DNA from: Elusimicrobiota bacterium
GTDB taxonomy: Bacteria; Elusimicrobiota; Elusimicrobia; UBA1565; UBA9628
Assembly: GCA_027319565.1 (NCBI GenBank)
Contig: DAHVNA010000029.1
Coordinates: 1 to 28,839, forward strand
Direction: 5' to 3'
Length of the DNA: 28,839 bases
Part shown: piece after piece, positions 18,701 to 25,526 of the stretch
How the letters are laid out: every line of letters starts with the position of its first letter
Position numbering within the stretch: the stretch's first letter is position 1
Program-made: the position numbers and the translations under genes
Notes under the pieces: generated by a model
Seen by the model: only the letters and a program-made list of their open reading frames with translations
The model's database searches: none
Told to the model about the DNA's origin: nothing

Positions 18701-21028
18701 ACAAGTTTTCTTCAAGGCATTTCCAACTACACCGTTTTGAAAGCGAGTTTTAACGTCAATAACCAGAACACGGCATTCGCGGGAATTGCCGTCAATCGTC
18801 TTGGGCTTGGGCATGACACCGACGTTTCCTCTGTAAAATTCTGGCAGGACCCAAACCCGCCCGAAGCTTTTAACCCCGCTATCTTCAATTTTCTGGGATC
18901 AGCGCAATTCACAAGTGGCGTCGCTCAAATTAATTTCTCAACACAAACGCTTTATGCCGGAACCACCTACGTCTATTTTGTCACCTACGATATCAGCCCA
19001 ACGGCCGTTACCGGTGACACTTTGGGAGGGAGGATTCAAAGCAGTCTCTCCATTACTCTGACTAACCCTGGAACCAGCATCTCCGGAACTTTTCCTATTG
19101 ATTCCTCAACCGCGCCCATTACCGCCACTCAAGCAGGGCTTTTTGTATCGGCGCAAGATGAGGCACCGTCAAGTCTTATGCAAGGCGCGACCAACCAGCA
19201 AATGCTTAATTTGACGCTCAACACCACGCAATACGCCTTGGCCCTGAGCGCTCTGACGATTCAGTCTTCAGGAACCGCAACGAGTTTGGACATTTCGCGC
19301 GCGGAGATTTATCAAGATGCGGTTGGAAATGGAATCCTCAGCGTTTCCCAAGACCCTTTGCTTGCCGCCGCGAACTATCCGTTTGTCGGAGGCGCGGCGG
19401 TTTTAAGCCTCACCAACCCCTTAAACATCAGCACGACCCCAATTCGTTTAATAATGGCCGTTGATATTAGCTCCACTGCCGATTATTATCATACCTTCGG
19501 CGTGGCCGTGACGACGACCAGCGATCTGAGCGTAAATGCGCCCAACTTTATTGTCCCATCAAGCACGACTTTTCCCGCAAACTCAAGCGTCGTTCCTATC
19601 ACAAAAGAGCCTGACATCATGACGCCATCGGGAATTTCTCTAATAAACCCGGCTGGAGTCGTGCAAAATCAAGAAGCTCTCGCTGCGGAGATATCGGTCT
19701 CAACTCTGCGGAGTTCAGTAACATGGACTAATATCGCGATATCTAGAGATGGGAGTCTCCCGGATTCCGGAATTGACGCCGTGAAAATTTACGCCGATTC
19801 CGATGGCAACGGCGTTTGGGACTCAAGCGATGTCTTAATTGGAAGTGGAACATTTATCGCGGGCCTTGCCGATATCACGTTTTTTACTCCTCAAATCACG
19901 AACGTCACGCCCTTAAATTATTTCGTGACGCTCACTATCGATATCAATGCGACTCCAGGAGACACTATTGGGATATCTTTGGCTGGAGCCTCAAACTTTA
20001 CAGTCGCGCCGCCAGACACTGTGTCTGGCTCAAGTCTTCCTTTTGTATCGGCTTTGGCGCCAATTCTAAACGCGAAAACTCCAACGCAGCCACTGGTGAC
20101 GCTTCCGAACGGAAGCTATAGCAGTTCTTTTGACTCAGTCACTTTTATCTGGTATTCGACAGTAACGATTGGCACAATTTCAAGCGCGGCCTATGCCGTT
20201 GGAACCACTCCCGGTGGGAGCAACGTCTTGCCTTTCACTCAAATTCCGCTCACAGCCTCAAGCTACACCGCCACGGGACTTCTCTTTTCAAACGGAGCGA
20301 CATACTACGTCTCAGTTGAAGCGACATCTAATTATGGTTATACAAGCCCCGTAGGAACGAGTCCCGGGTTTCTTGTAGACCTTATTACCCCCGGCCCACC
20401 GACAAATTTAACGGCTCAAACAGGCGCGAGTTCGATTTACCTTGATTGGTATCCGGGAACCGCCGGGCCGTCAGGACTTGCGGGATACCTGCTTGAGTAT
20501 TCCGACGTCGAACATCCGACCTGGTATAACGCGAAAACCGGGGCGGTCACCGCCTTGGCTGTCGGCCCCCACGGGACCTTGTCGGCAAATTTCATTCCTT
20601 CCGCGCCTTTCTTATTCAACAACCCGCCCCAGGGAACCCTTCTTTTCCGCGTCAGCTCGGTCAATGGCGCGGGAGTGCAAAGTTCGCCCTCCAACACCAT
20701 TCGCGTTCTATACGGAACGCAATCGACGGCGGGAATATCGAACGTCTCTTCCTATCCCAATCCCTTTAACTCCAATTCCGGAGTGGCCACTATTGTCTAT
20801 ACCTTGGATACGCCGGGAAGCGTTTCGATTCAAATATACAGCGTCTTTGGAAATATGGTTAAAACCCTCAGTTATTCCGGAGGAGGCGCGGGGGGGCAAG
20901 CCGGAGTCAACACCGTGACCTGGGACGGAACCGATTCCGGAGGCCGCAAGGTGTCCAAGGGCATTTATATCGCGATTCTTAAAGCCAATGGAGCGAGCGT
21001 CCAATACAAAATTGGAGTTAACCACTGA
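12728..21028 (+). CDS. Very large secreted/surface protein: 3x (Fn3/Ig + beta-propeller) modules, 5 Ig-like repeats, 2 Fn3-like domains, C-terminal T9SS type-A sorting / FlgD-Ig-like domain
   Basis: Signal peptide MGNKKIPFLSLLLILAALAPSAQA, repeated LAVFNGxLYAG and SxDGxxW (Asp-box) blades, repeated IYxDxxxNG motifs, and C-terminal YPNPF...IQIYS..G.MVKTL...WDGTD..G..VSKGIYI...KIGV. Confidence 0.88.
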   Translation: MGNKKIPFLSLLLILAALAPSAQAQVQLAIATPTYPANGSYFSLQNNVPNFNWMGPSTTTIALSTSPVWNLDVNTDPTFVSGAVISISTPAVILSTNLAGTRGTYISGTPLSNNTTYYWRVYATDGSGGMSQSWSTFSFVTNFANSPNLSASNFGSLNSSNQFTPENTFITLASGVTSQISVADSISGLAISTSALPFSGDGNDAATGTSGYGVLYSTDAGSSWEDYSALNISVPYAGANINVLAVFNGFLYAGLSNGTILYTSNGTLWNTVYSGSGGVSHFVVFNNHLFATTNAIVSINTSNGVSVVFNAGATGLGVLNGTLFAGFYPGSAIYATQDGVNWVYTANLAVCSDNSARFFTFNGEIYANITEGPGISCSGLFRSPDGFNWTNVEYQSTPGSLSGATVFNGELYATTYNPGAPLLYSSQDGLSWTADNGSLSNPSLGGTANTIGVANGKLYVGISTNTAKIYETPDGNNWFPTIAGGTGQGGAGAPVNFNGTLYAAAGPDLIRLTPVSTTLPGGNGTPSGTLSATNLNLVTSTSATTCGGTYPCTATNQVMFTASDMAGNTLRAGPYAVLVDTTVGPAISTQTYPANGQYINVNPNFDWQGPSVGLISSLQQPVHYNMEVSNSSNFSSLLISISTPAIIVSTAIPTVNGAYISTYPATTFANNTSYYWRVQTVDGFGAASAWSSVTSFVTDFSSPTESGFESFNQLGSPLTESQLNTLASGVTAQITVQDSISGLAVSSGALAFLGDGHDDPQNTSGFGTIYSTNAGQSWINWAASTSALVGSSGDNMGSLADFAGELYTGDYTHGDVYVSPDGLNWSGTSVSSPIYALAAFNGALYAGSNGSVFSDSGGIWSLAANIGNQIRTFAVLGGTLYAGDGGNGHVYSTANGTSWSDTATGANSIYALAAFNGAIYAGDVVTGKIYESANNTTWNTTGITLNQGIGVLSVFNGHLYAGGIKGDIYSSVDGKTWNVGIPVGSDITAMSIFNGQLYAGDSNGYLHFTSDGVNWSTGTYLGAGVISLSSFNGNFYAGDTNGQVHQLTPVTATLSGSDGTTSAETLSTYGLDLISSTNSVTCGGIYPCGATDQIIFTASNLAGNALKAGPYAVFVDTTLPAPPTPSYPADGQNIGLNPNFDWTGPSTSIVAGLHQPAYTNLEVSNSPTFSSLLISISTPAVVSSTQVSTADGAYISTYPVTTFLSGTTYYWRIQNEDGFGNVSTWSSIYSFVTDFSSPTGSGFESFNALGSTVTESQINLLLSGVTAQITIQEIDSGLAVSSSAISFSGDGHNDPQVAGDSYGAIYSTDTGQSWISSVSSYPVLTGETAVNSLAEFQGNIYAATSNGGKVFVNGSPWSASFTDGTGNILAMAVFNNQLYGGDSAGKLYSYNGSAWSGAISGYPGISAINSIIVFNKRIYCADSGKNIYTSLDGVSWSHVFSGSASLISMASFNGQIYVGDSAGHLYSSSNGTDWSQQSGYPGSGVYSLAVFSGKLYAGDTNGLYVSSNGAAWSQQTQYPGTSVYTLAVFSGELYVGDGNGNLYASANGAIWSRSLSVPGGTLSALSGFGAQIYAGDQLGNLWQVTPISATLYGSDGTNSAQALSIKNINLAPSQTTLTCGGTSPCAATNQVLFSASNMAGNSTQIGPYAILVDTIPTDVILTTANVAPSSIPQGTDAAFIRMTLQSVSGTAPWTGITVQRVGGGTDSDVSNVSIWRDSLNDGVFSSTVDAQISNPVSFSGGEALVVFTSTENIHTSTQAYFVVLTANYQATDGDTIGSEIASTASFVFSSGYSASSGQKNIYPLISSTATIVDGPNNLDVTPVSQAPSYDSPGTTGISMLALKFQVPATTPGTSTLSKIVFQLQGTAPSNDISSISLYRDNDNNGIYDPGVDGLVSSGNDSFTNGVATVAFTAPAASDTVNETPIYYFAVINLSVNAALGDTMQIAVTTTTDVQLIDTLDTIVFVSTPVASSTMTVENLNTLSIVGSNLAPTSFLQGISNYTVLKASFNVNNQNTAFAGIAVNRLGLGHDTDVSSVKFWQDPNPPEAFNPAIFNFLGSAQFTSGVAQINFSTQTLYAGTTYVYFVTYDISPTAVTGDTLGGRIQSSLSITLTNPGTSISGTFPIDSSTAPITATQAGLFVSAQDEAPSSLMQGATNQQMLNLTLNTTQYALALSALTIQSSGTATSLDISRAEIYQDAVGNGILSVSQDPLLAAANYPFVGGAAVLSLTNPLNISTTPIRLIMAVDISSTADYYHTFGVAVTTTSDLSVNAPNFIVPSSTTFPANSSVVPITKEPDIMTPSGISLINPAGVVQNQEALAAEISVSTLRSSVTWTNIAISRDGSLPDSGIDAVKIYADSDGNGVWDSSDVLIGSGTFIAGLADITFFTPQITNVTPLNYFVTLTIDINATPGDTIGISLAGASNFTVAPPDTVSGSSLPFVSALAPILNAKTPTQPLVTLPNGSYSSSFDSVTFIWYSTVTIGTISSAAYAVGTTPGGSNVLPFTQIPLTASSYTATGLLFSNGATYYVSVEATSNYGYTSPVGTSPGFLVDLITPGPPTNLTAQTGASSIYLDWYPGTAGPSGLAGYLLEYSDVEHPTWYNAKTGAVTALAVGPHGTLSANFIPSAPFLFNNPPQGTLLFRVSSVNGAGVQSSPSNTIRVLYGTQSTAGISNVSSYPNPFNSNSGVATIVYTLDTPGSVSIQIYSVFGNMVKTLSYSGGGAGGQAGVNTVTWDGTDSGGRKVSKGIYIAILKANGASVQYKIGVNH

Positions 21029-21431
21029 ACGGCAGTAACGGAAAGCAACGGATGTAACGGCAGGTAACAGAAAGACACGGAAAGAAACGGACGTAACGGA
21101 GGGCAACGGAATTCCCCTCCGCGTCATTCCGGCGACCGAGCATTGGCGAGGAAGTGCCGCATCCAAGTCTGTTGGAAAGCGGCCGAAAGCCGGAATCCAG
21201 CAACGGAAAGTTAATGAGAACGACCAAGAGAGGCGATGAAGGAATTGAGGGCAAAAGCCCGCTCGTCATTCTGACGAAAGCCGGAATCCAGATACTGGAC
21301 CCCGGCTTACGGCCTGCCGGGGTGACAAGGAGCCTTCGCCGCTTTCCGTTTCTTTCCGTTACTTTCCGTTACGTCCGTTTCTTTCTGTTTCTTGCCGTTT
21401 CTTTCTGTTCCTTTCCGTTTCTTTCCCTTCC
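21027..21431. repeat. Composite repeat: purine array, REP with 51-bp unit (21134-21184), ~50-bp linker module, REP doublet, pyrimidine array
   Basis: Arms at 21027-21111 and 21342-21431; hairpins at 21123-21200, 21265-21291 and 21295-21326. Confidence 0.88.
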
Positions 21432-22929
21432 CGCATCCGCCGCCAGCTCCTATGCGGGTTCCCCCAATGAAATATTTCAATTTGGAGCCGACGCTCGCGC
21501 GATGGGAATGGGAAACGCCTATACCGCGATTGCCGGCGGGGCTTCTTCCTTATATTACAACCCTGCGGGGCTGGGACTTCTCAATGGTCCCGATATCAGC
21601 GCCATGCAAGCAAGTTTAATCGGCGGAGCGGGATATGAAAATTTATCCTACGCCCAGAATTTTTCAAAAATGCCGGGAGCTTGGGGGGTCGAAGCCCTGA
21701 ACATGGGTATCAGCGGGGCGCAACAGCGGGATTCTCAAAACAATCTCACCGGAAGTTTCGGCTTTCAAGAAACCGGATACGGCGCTGGATTTGGACTGAG
21801 AAACGTCATCATCCCTAATTTGTCCTTGGGAGGATCCTTTCAGGGCCTCAGCCGCAGCCTTGGAGGAAGTTCTTCCGACATGCTTTACGGAGGAAATATC
21901 GGAGCTCAATACGGCCCTTTTTTCGACAACATGGTCACGGCCGGCGTGGTTGTTCAAAACGGATTTAGCGGGGCGCAAAACACCTTTGACCGGCTTCCGA
22001 CCGTTGTCCGCACTGGGCTGGCCATCACTCCCATGGATAATCTTCTCATCTCCGCCGATTATGGAGATGACGGGGATTATGGAATCGGAGCTGAATATCG
22101 AATATGGATGTTCGCCATACGAGCCGGATACATCCCGGAAGGCCTTACTTTCGGAGCCGGAATCTATTACAAATCTCTTGAGGCCGATGTCGCCATGGTC
22201 AACGATCCTGTCTTTGGACTGGGAGAGAGATTTTCTCTCAATTACCGCTTTGCAGGAAAGAAAAAAGAAAAACCTCTGGACGCTTACACCGAAAGCTATC
22301 TTGAGGCGGCGAAAAAAGAGCTCAATCTCCGCAACTATCTTAACGCGCAGCTCGCGCTTGAAGAAGCGCTGGGCATCAATCCCGCCCAGGTCCCGCAAGA
22401 GTGGAAGGAAAAGTTAAAGCTTTTAGAGTCTTTTAACAATGCCTTGGATCTCAAGGAACGCCCCGATGAGATTAAAACGCTTCGTTCTCAAGACCAAGCG
22501 GCCATTTTGGCACAAAAATCTATTTTCTCCTACTTAGACGGACACGACGGCGAGGCGATGATTTGGGCTTCGGTGGCCGCGGGATCCGGAAACAAAACAA
22601 TGCCCTATATTGACTTTGTCAAGACGATGGCTTATCTTACTAGGATGAAAGTCTCGGAGGGAGACTTGTTGCCGCCAGCGGAATTTGTCTCCAAGAAAAT
22701 GGAAACCGCGCTTCAGGCTATTTATCAAAAGCGCTTTGCCGACGCCGTCAAGGATTGCCGGCAGGCCATAACTATCAACCCCGATGAGTCCTCGGCTTGG
22801 ACCCGGCTTGGAAGCGCTTATTTCGCCTGGGGACATAAAAGAGAAGCCAAGAAAGCATATCAAAAAGCTCTTTCCTTGGACCCCAAGGACGTCGATCTCA
22901 AGAAATTTATGGAGATGTACATAAGATGA
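21322..22929 (+). CDS. PorV/PorQ (FadL-like) outer-membrane beta-barrel with C-terminal TPR region
   Basis: ARAMGMGNAYTA....SSLYYNPAGLG N-terminal signature, amphipathic beta-strands ending FSLNYRF, and TPR motifs (AWTRLGSAY...YQKALSLDP). The start is uncertain: GTG 21322 or ATG 21214. Confidence 0.82.
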   Translation: MTRSLRRFPFLSVTFRYVRFFLFLAVSFCSFPFLSLPASAASSYAGSPNEIFQFGADARAMGMGNAYTAIAGGASSLYYNPAGLGLLNGPDISAMQASLIGGAGYENLSYAQNFSKMPGAWGVEALNMGISGAQQRDSQNNLTGSFGFQETGYGAGFGLRNVIIPNLSLGGSFQGLSRSLGGSSSDMLYGGNIGAQYGPFFDNMVTAGVVVQNGFSGAQNTFDRLPTVVRTGLAITPMDNLLISADYGDDGDYGIGAEYRIWMFAIRAGYIPEGLTFGAGIYYKSLEADVAMVNDPVFGLGERFSLNYRFAGKKKEKPLDAYTESYLEAAKKELNLRNYLNAQLALEEALGINPAQVPQEWKEKLKLLESFNNALDLKERPDEIKTLRSQDQAAILAQKSIFSYLDGHDGEAMIWASVAAGSGNKTMPYIDFVKTMAYLTRMKVSEGDLLPPAEFVSKKMETALQAIYQKRFADAVKDCRQAITINPDESSAWTRLGSAYFAWGHKREAKKAYQKALSLDPKDVDLKKFMEMYIR

Positions 22930-22998
22930 GAAAGAAGGAACGAGTAGGAACGGAAAGTAAAAGCAAGTAACGGAAAGGAATGGAAAGCAACCGAAAAT
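22930..22998 (+). repeat. Solo purine-rich GNAACGGAAA-type array
   Basis: ggaacggaaa-gtaaaagcaa-gtaacggaaa-ggaatggaaa-gcaaccgaaa lies between two genes. Confidence 0.75.
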
Positions 22999-23009
22999 AG
23001 AGGAGCGAC

Positions 23010-25526
23010 ATGGATCTGATTGCCTTGGTTTTTATTCCAAGCCTCTTTCTTGTCCTAGGGGCTTTGATGTTTGTCGTCAGCCGGGTCATGGAATTTACGC
23101 AATCCAACCGCTATTTCGCAAAGCAAAGGGGAAATAACCTTATGTTCACTAAGTTCATGACTCAAATCGCCATCGCCAAAAGCCAATTGGGAAAAAGGGC
23201 GCAAGAATTGGAGGCTCTTTCCCTACGCCTTCAGATGAATAACGAGGAACTCGCCCGACTCAATAATCTCAAGATGAAGTTTCTGTCGATGGCGGTCCAT
23301 GACATCCGCAATCCTTTGACCGCGATCACGGGATACAGCGATATTCTCTCGCGAAACAAAAATTTGGGGCCCAGGGAACAAACTCTCTCTAAAATGATTT
23401 TGACCGCGACCAGACAAATCAATCACCTGATGGGAGACCTGACCGATCTGGCAGTCATCGAGGCGGGAAAGTTCCACATGGAGATGGCGCCCTTTGATCT
23501 AGCGGGGCTTGTTCAAGAAGTGGGGGCAACGCTGGCCCCCGGAGCATCAAATAAAGGAGTTATTCTCTCCGTTCGCGAACCTCCGCCCGGAATTACCATC
23601 ACCGCCGACCGCTACCGTATTTGGCGCGTATTGACCAATCTCTTGGGTAACGCCGTTAAATTTACTCCCGCGGGCGGACGGGTCGAACTCAGAGCCGAGG
23701 TCGCGGGGGGAATGGCGATGATTTCCGTTCAAGACAACGGGCCTGGAATTCACCCGACCGAGCGCCGAAAAATTTTTGAAAAATTCTACCAGTCCAAACA
23801 CATCAAGGATGAAAAAGCCCGAAAGGGCGGCTGGGGCTTGGGACTGGCTATCGCCCAGGAAATCGTTCAGGCCCACGGAGGGGAAATCGGCGTCGATAGC
23901 CGCGGTCTCGGCCACGGGTCCACTTTCTGGGTCCGCATTCCTCTTAAAGCCAGGCGCCCAGTGCGCTCAAATCCCATGCGGCTTTCTTTAGCCTTTCTTG
24001 GATTCCTTAGCCTTTCTTGGATTCCAAAGCCCATTCAAGCGCAAACAGTGGTTCCTTTTCTTGAAAAATCTAAATTCGAAAAATCTCTCGAAACAAAGGT
24101 CGACGGGGTTCTTCTCAACATTCTGGGCCCTAATCGCGCCAAGGTCATTATCAACGCGACCCTTGATTTCACGAAAACGGAAAGTTTCAAAACCGAAGGG
24201 GCCAGCGTAACGAGTACCAAGACATCGGGCTTGCCGTACCTTTGGCAAGAGCCGAGTAAAACGGAGCGACCTCAGGAACTTTTGCCCGGGGTGCCGCTTG
24301 ATTCCGGCGGTCCGGCCTCACCCGCGCCGCCGCCGTCCATCAAAGGCTATAAAAAGGAAGATTCTTTTCCTTCTAATTTTGTCAAACGCTTAGACGTGAC
24401 GTTAATTTTAGATAACTCCGTCAAAGGCAATCGCAGTACCGAAATCGGTAAAATTACCGCGGACCTTCTCAATCTTAATCCCAAAAGAGGGGATTCCTTG
24501 ACCGTCGTCCACACCGGATTTTCTCCGATCTGGAAAACCGTCTGGTATTCTCCGGAAACTGCGGGCATGCTTCTCAAATATATTTTGACTGGGTTTCTCT
24601 TTTTCATGGCGCTTGTCGTTATCGCCGTCGGATTTATCAAGATCGCCAATGCCATGAGAATGATGGCTAACGCCCAGGCTCAGCAAATTTCGATGGACAT
24701 GAAAGGACTGGAAGGCGAAGGAGGCGAAGGCCCGGGAGGGGTTTTAGGACGCAATACCCTGATGATTGGAGAACAAAAATCCGGAGAGAACGCGGAAGAA
24801 AACAAAAACGCGCCAATCATGTTTGACGTTAGAATTGAGCAAGTGGAAACCTTGGCTCAAATGCTTTTGCCGGAACCCCCTGAAAATATCGCCATTGTCG
24901 CCTCTCGTTTGACTCCCGAAGTATCCAAGAAACTCATCGAGGCCCTTCCGCCAGAGCTTGCCAGTTCCGTCATTAGTCAATTAGCTCGTCCGCGTTTTAT
25001 CGACCCGGAAATAATCGTCAATCTCAAGGAAGAGTTGGAGCGGCGTCTGTCCGGAGCCGTGGGAGGAGTTCATTATCTGGCGGAACTCATGTCGGCCGCC
25101 AGCCAAAAAAGGCGCCATGAAATGCTTGAAGCCGTGCGCGTGCAAAACCCCACTCTCGCCGAAGAATTAAGAAAGAGAGTATTCTTCATCGAAGATCTTT
25201 CAAAACTCACGCAGCAAGAGTGGTCGTATCTTTTGTCCCTGGTTACTTACCAAGAGTGGAGCGCGGCTCTCCATGAGGGTCCTAAAAGCGTGGTAGAAGC
25301 CATCAAGCAAAACCTATCAGAGAAGGCCTGGGGAGTCTTAAGCGAAATGATTGAAGCGTCTTCTCCAACGATAGAACAAGCGGAAGCGGCCCAAGATAAA
25401 ATCGGAAAAAGCGTTTCTGAACTGATTTCAGAACAGCGCATTAAAACCATCGCCCCGCAATTAGGGCTTCAAATTCATGAATCTCCCATAGAGGAAGAGA
25501 AAGATACGGAAAGTAACAGAAAGTAA
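23010..25526 (+). CDS. Fusion protein: TM - histidine kinase (HisKA+HATPase_c) - TM/signal-like segment - FliF C-terminal ring-building domain - TM - FliG middle/C-terminal domains
   Basis: H-box VHDIRNPLT, N-box NLLGNAVKFT, DNGPGI and GLGLAI. FliF-like LLNILGPNRAKVIINATLDF and VKRLDVTLILD...NPKRGDSLTVV. FliG-like EPPENIAIV (EHPQ), GG hinge, LAEELRKRVFFIEDL (MFxFEDL), NLSEKA and EAAQ. AGGAG RBS at 23001. Confidence 0.85.
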   Translation: MDLIALVFIPSLFLVLGALMFVVSRVMEFTQSNRYFAKQRGNNLMFTKFMTQIAIAKSQLGKRAQELEALSLRLQMNNEELARLNNLKMKFLSMAVHDIRNPLTAITGYSDILSRNKNLGPREQTLSKMILTATRQINHLMGDLTDLAVIEAGKFHMEMAPFDLAGLVQEVGATLAPGASNKGVILSVREPPPGITITADRYRIWRVLTNLLGNAVKFTPAGGRVELRAEVAGGMAMISVQDNGPGIHPTERRKIFEKFYQSKHIKDEKARKGGWGLGLAIAQEIVQAHGGEIGVDSRGLGHGSTFWVRIPLKARRPVRSNPMRLSLAFLGFLSLSWIPKPIQAQTVVPFLEKSKFEKSLETKVDGVLLNILGPNRAKVIINATLDFTKTESFKTEGASVTSTKTSGLPYLWQEPSKTERPQELLPGVPLDSGGPASPAPPPSIKGYKKEDSFPSNFVKRLDVTLILDNSVKGNRSTEIGKITADLLNLNPKRGDSLTVVHTGFSPIWKTVWYSPETAGMLLKYILTGFLFFMALVVIAVGFIKIANAMRMMANAQAQQISMDMKGLEGEGGEGPGGVLGRNTLMIGEQKSGENAEENKNAPIMFDVRIEQVETLAQMLLPEPPENIAIVASRLTPEVSKKLIEALPPELASSVISQLARPRFIDPEIIVNLKEELERRLSGAVGGVHYLAELMSAASQKRRHEMLEAVRVQNPTLAEELRKRVFFIEDLSKLTQQEWSYLLSLVTYQEWSAALHEGPKSVVEAIKQNLSEKAWGVLSEMIEASSPTIEQAEAAQDKIGKSVSELISEQRIKTIAPQLGLQIHESPIEEEKDTESNRK

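Noticed and set aside
13188..20918. Numerous short alternative-frame and antisense ORFs within the giant gene
   Set aside because: They are shadow ORFs of a long coding sequence with no independent support.
21154..21321. N-terminal extension of the PorV-like ORF from 21154
   Set aside because: It starts inside the 51-bp unit and would put the signal peptide more than 55 residues from the N-terminus. A later start is more plausible.
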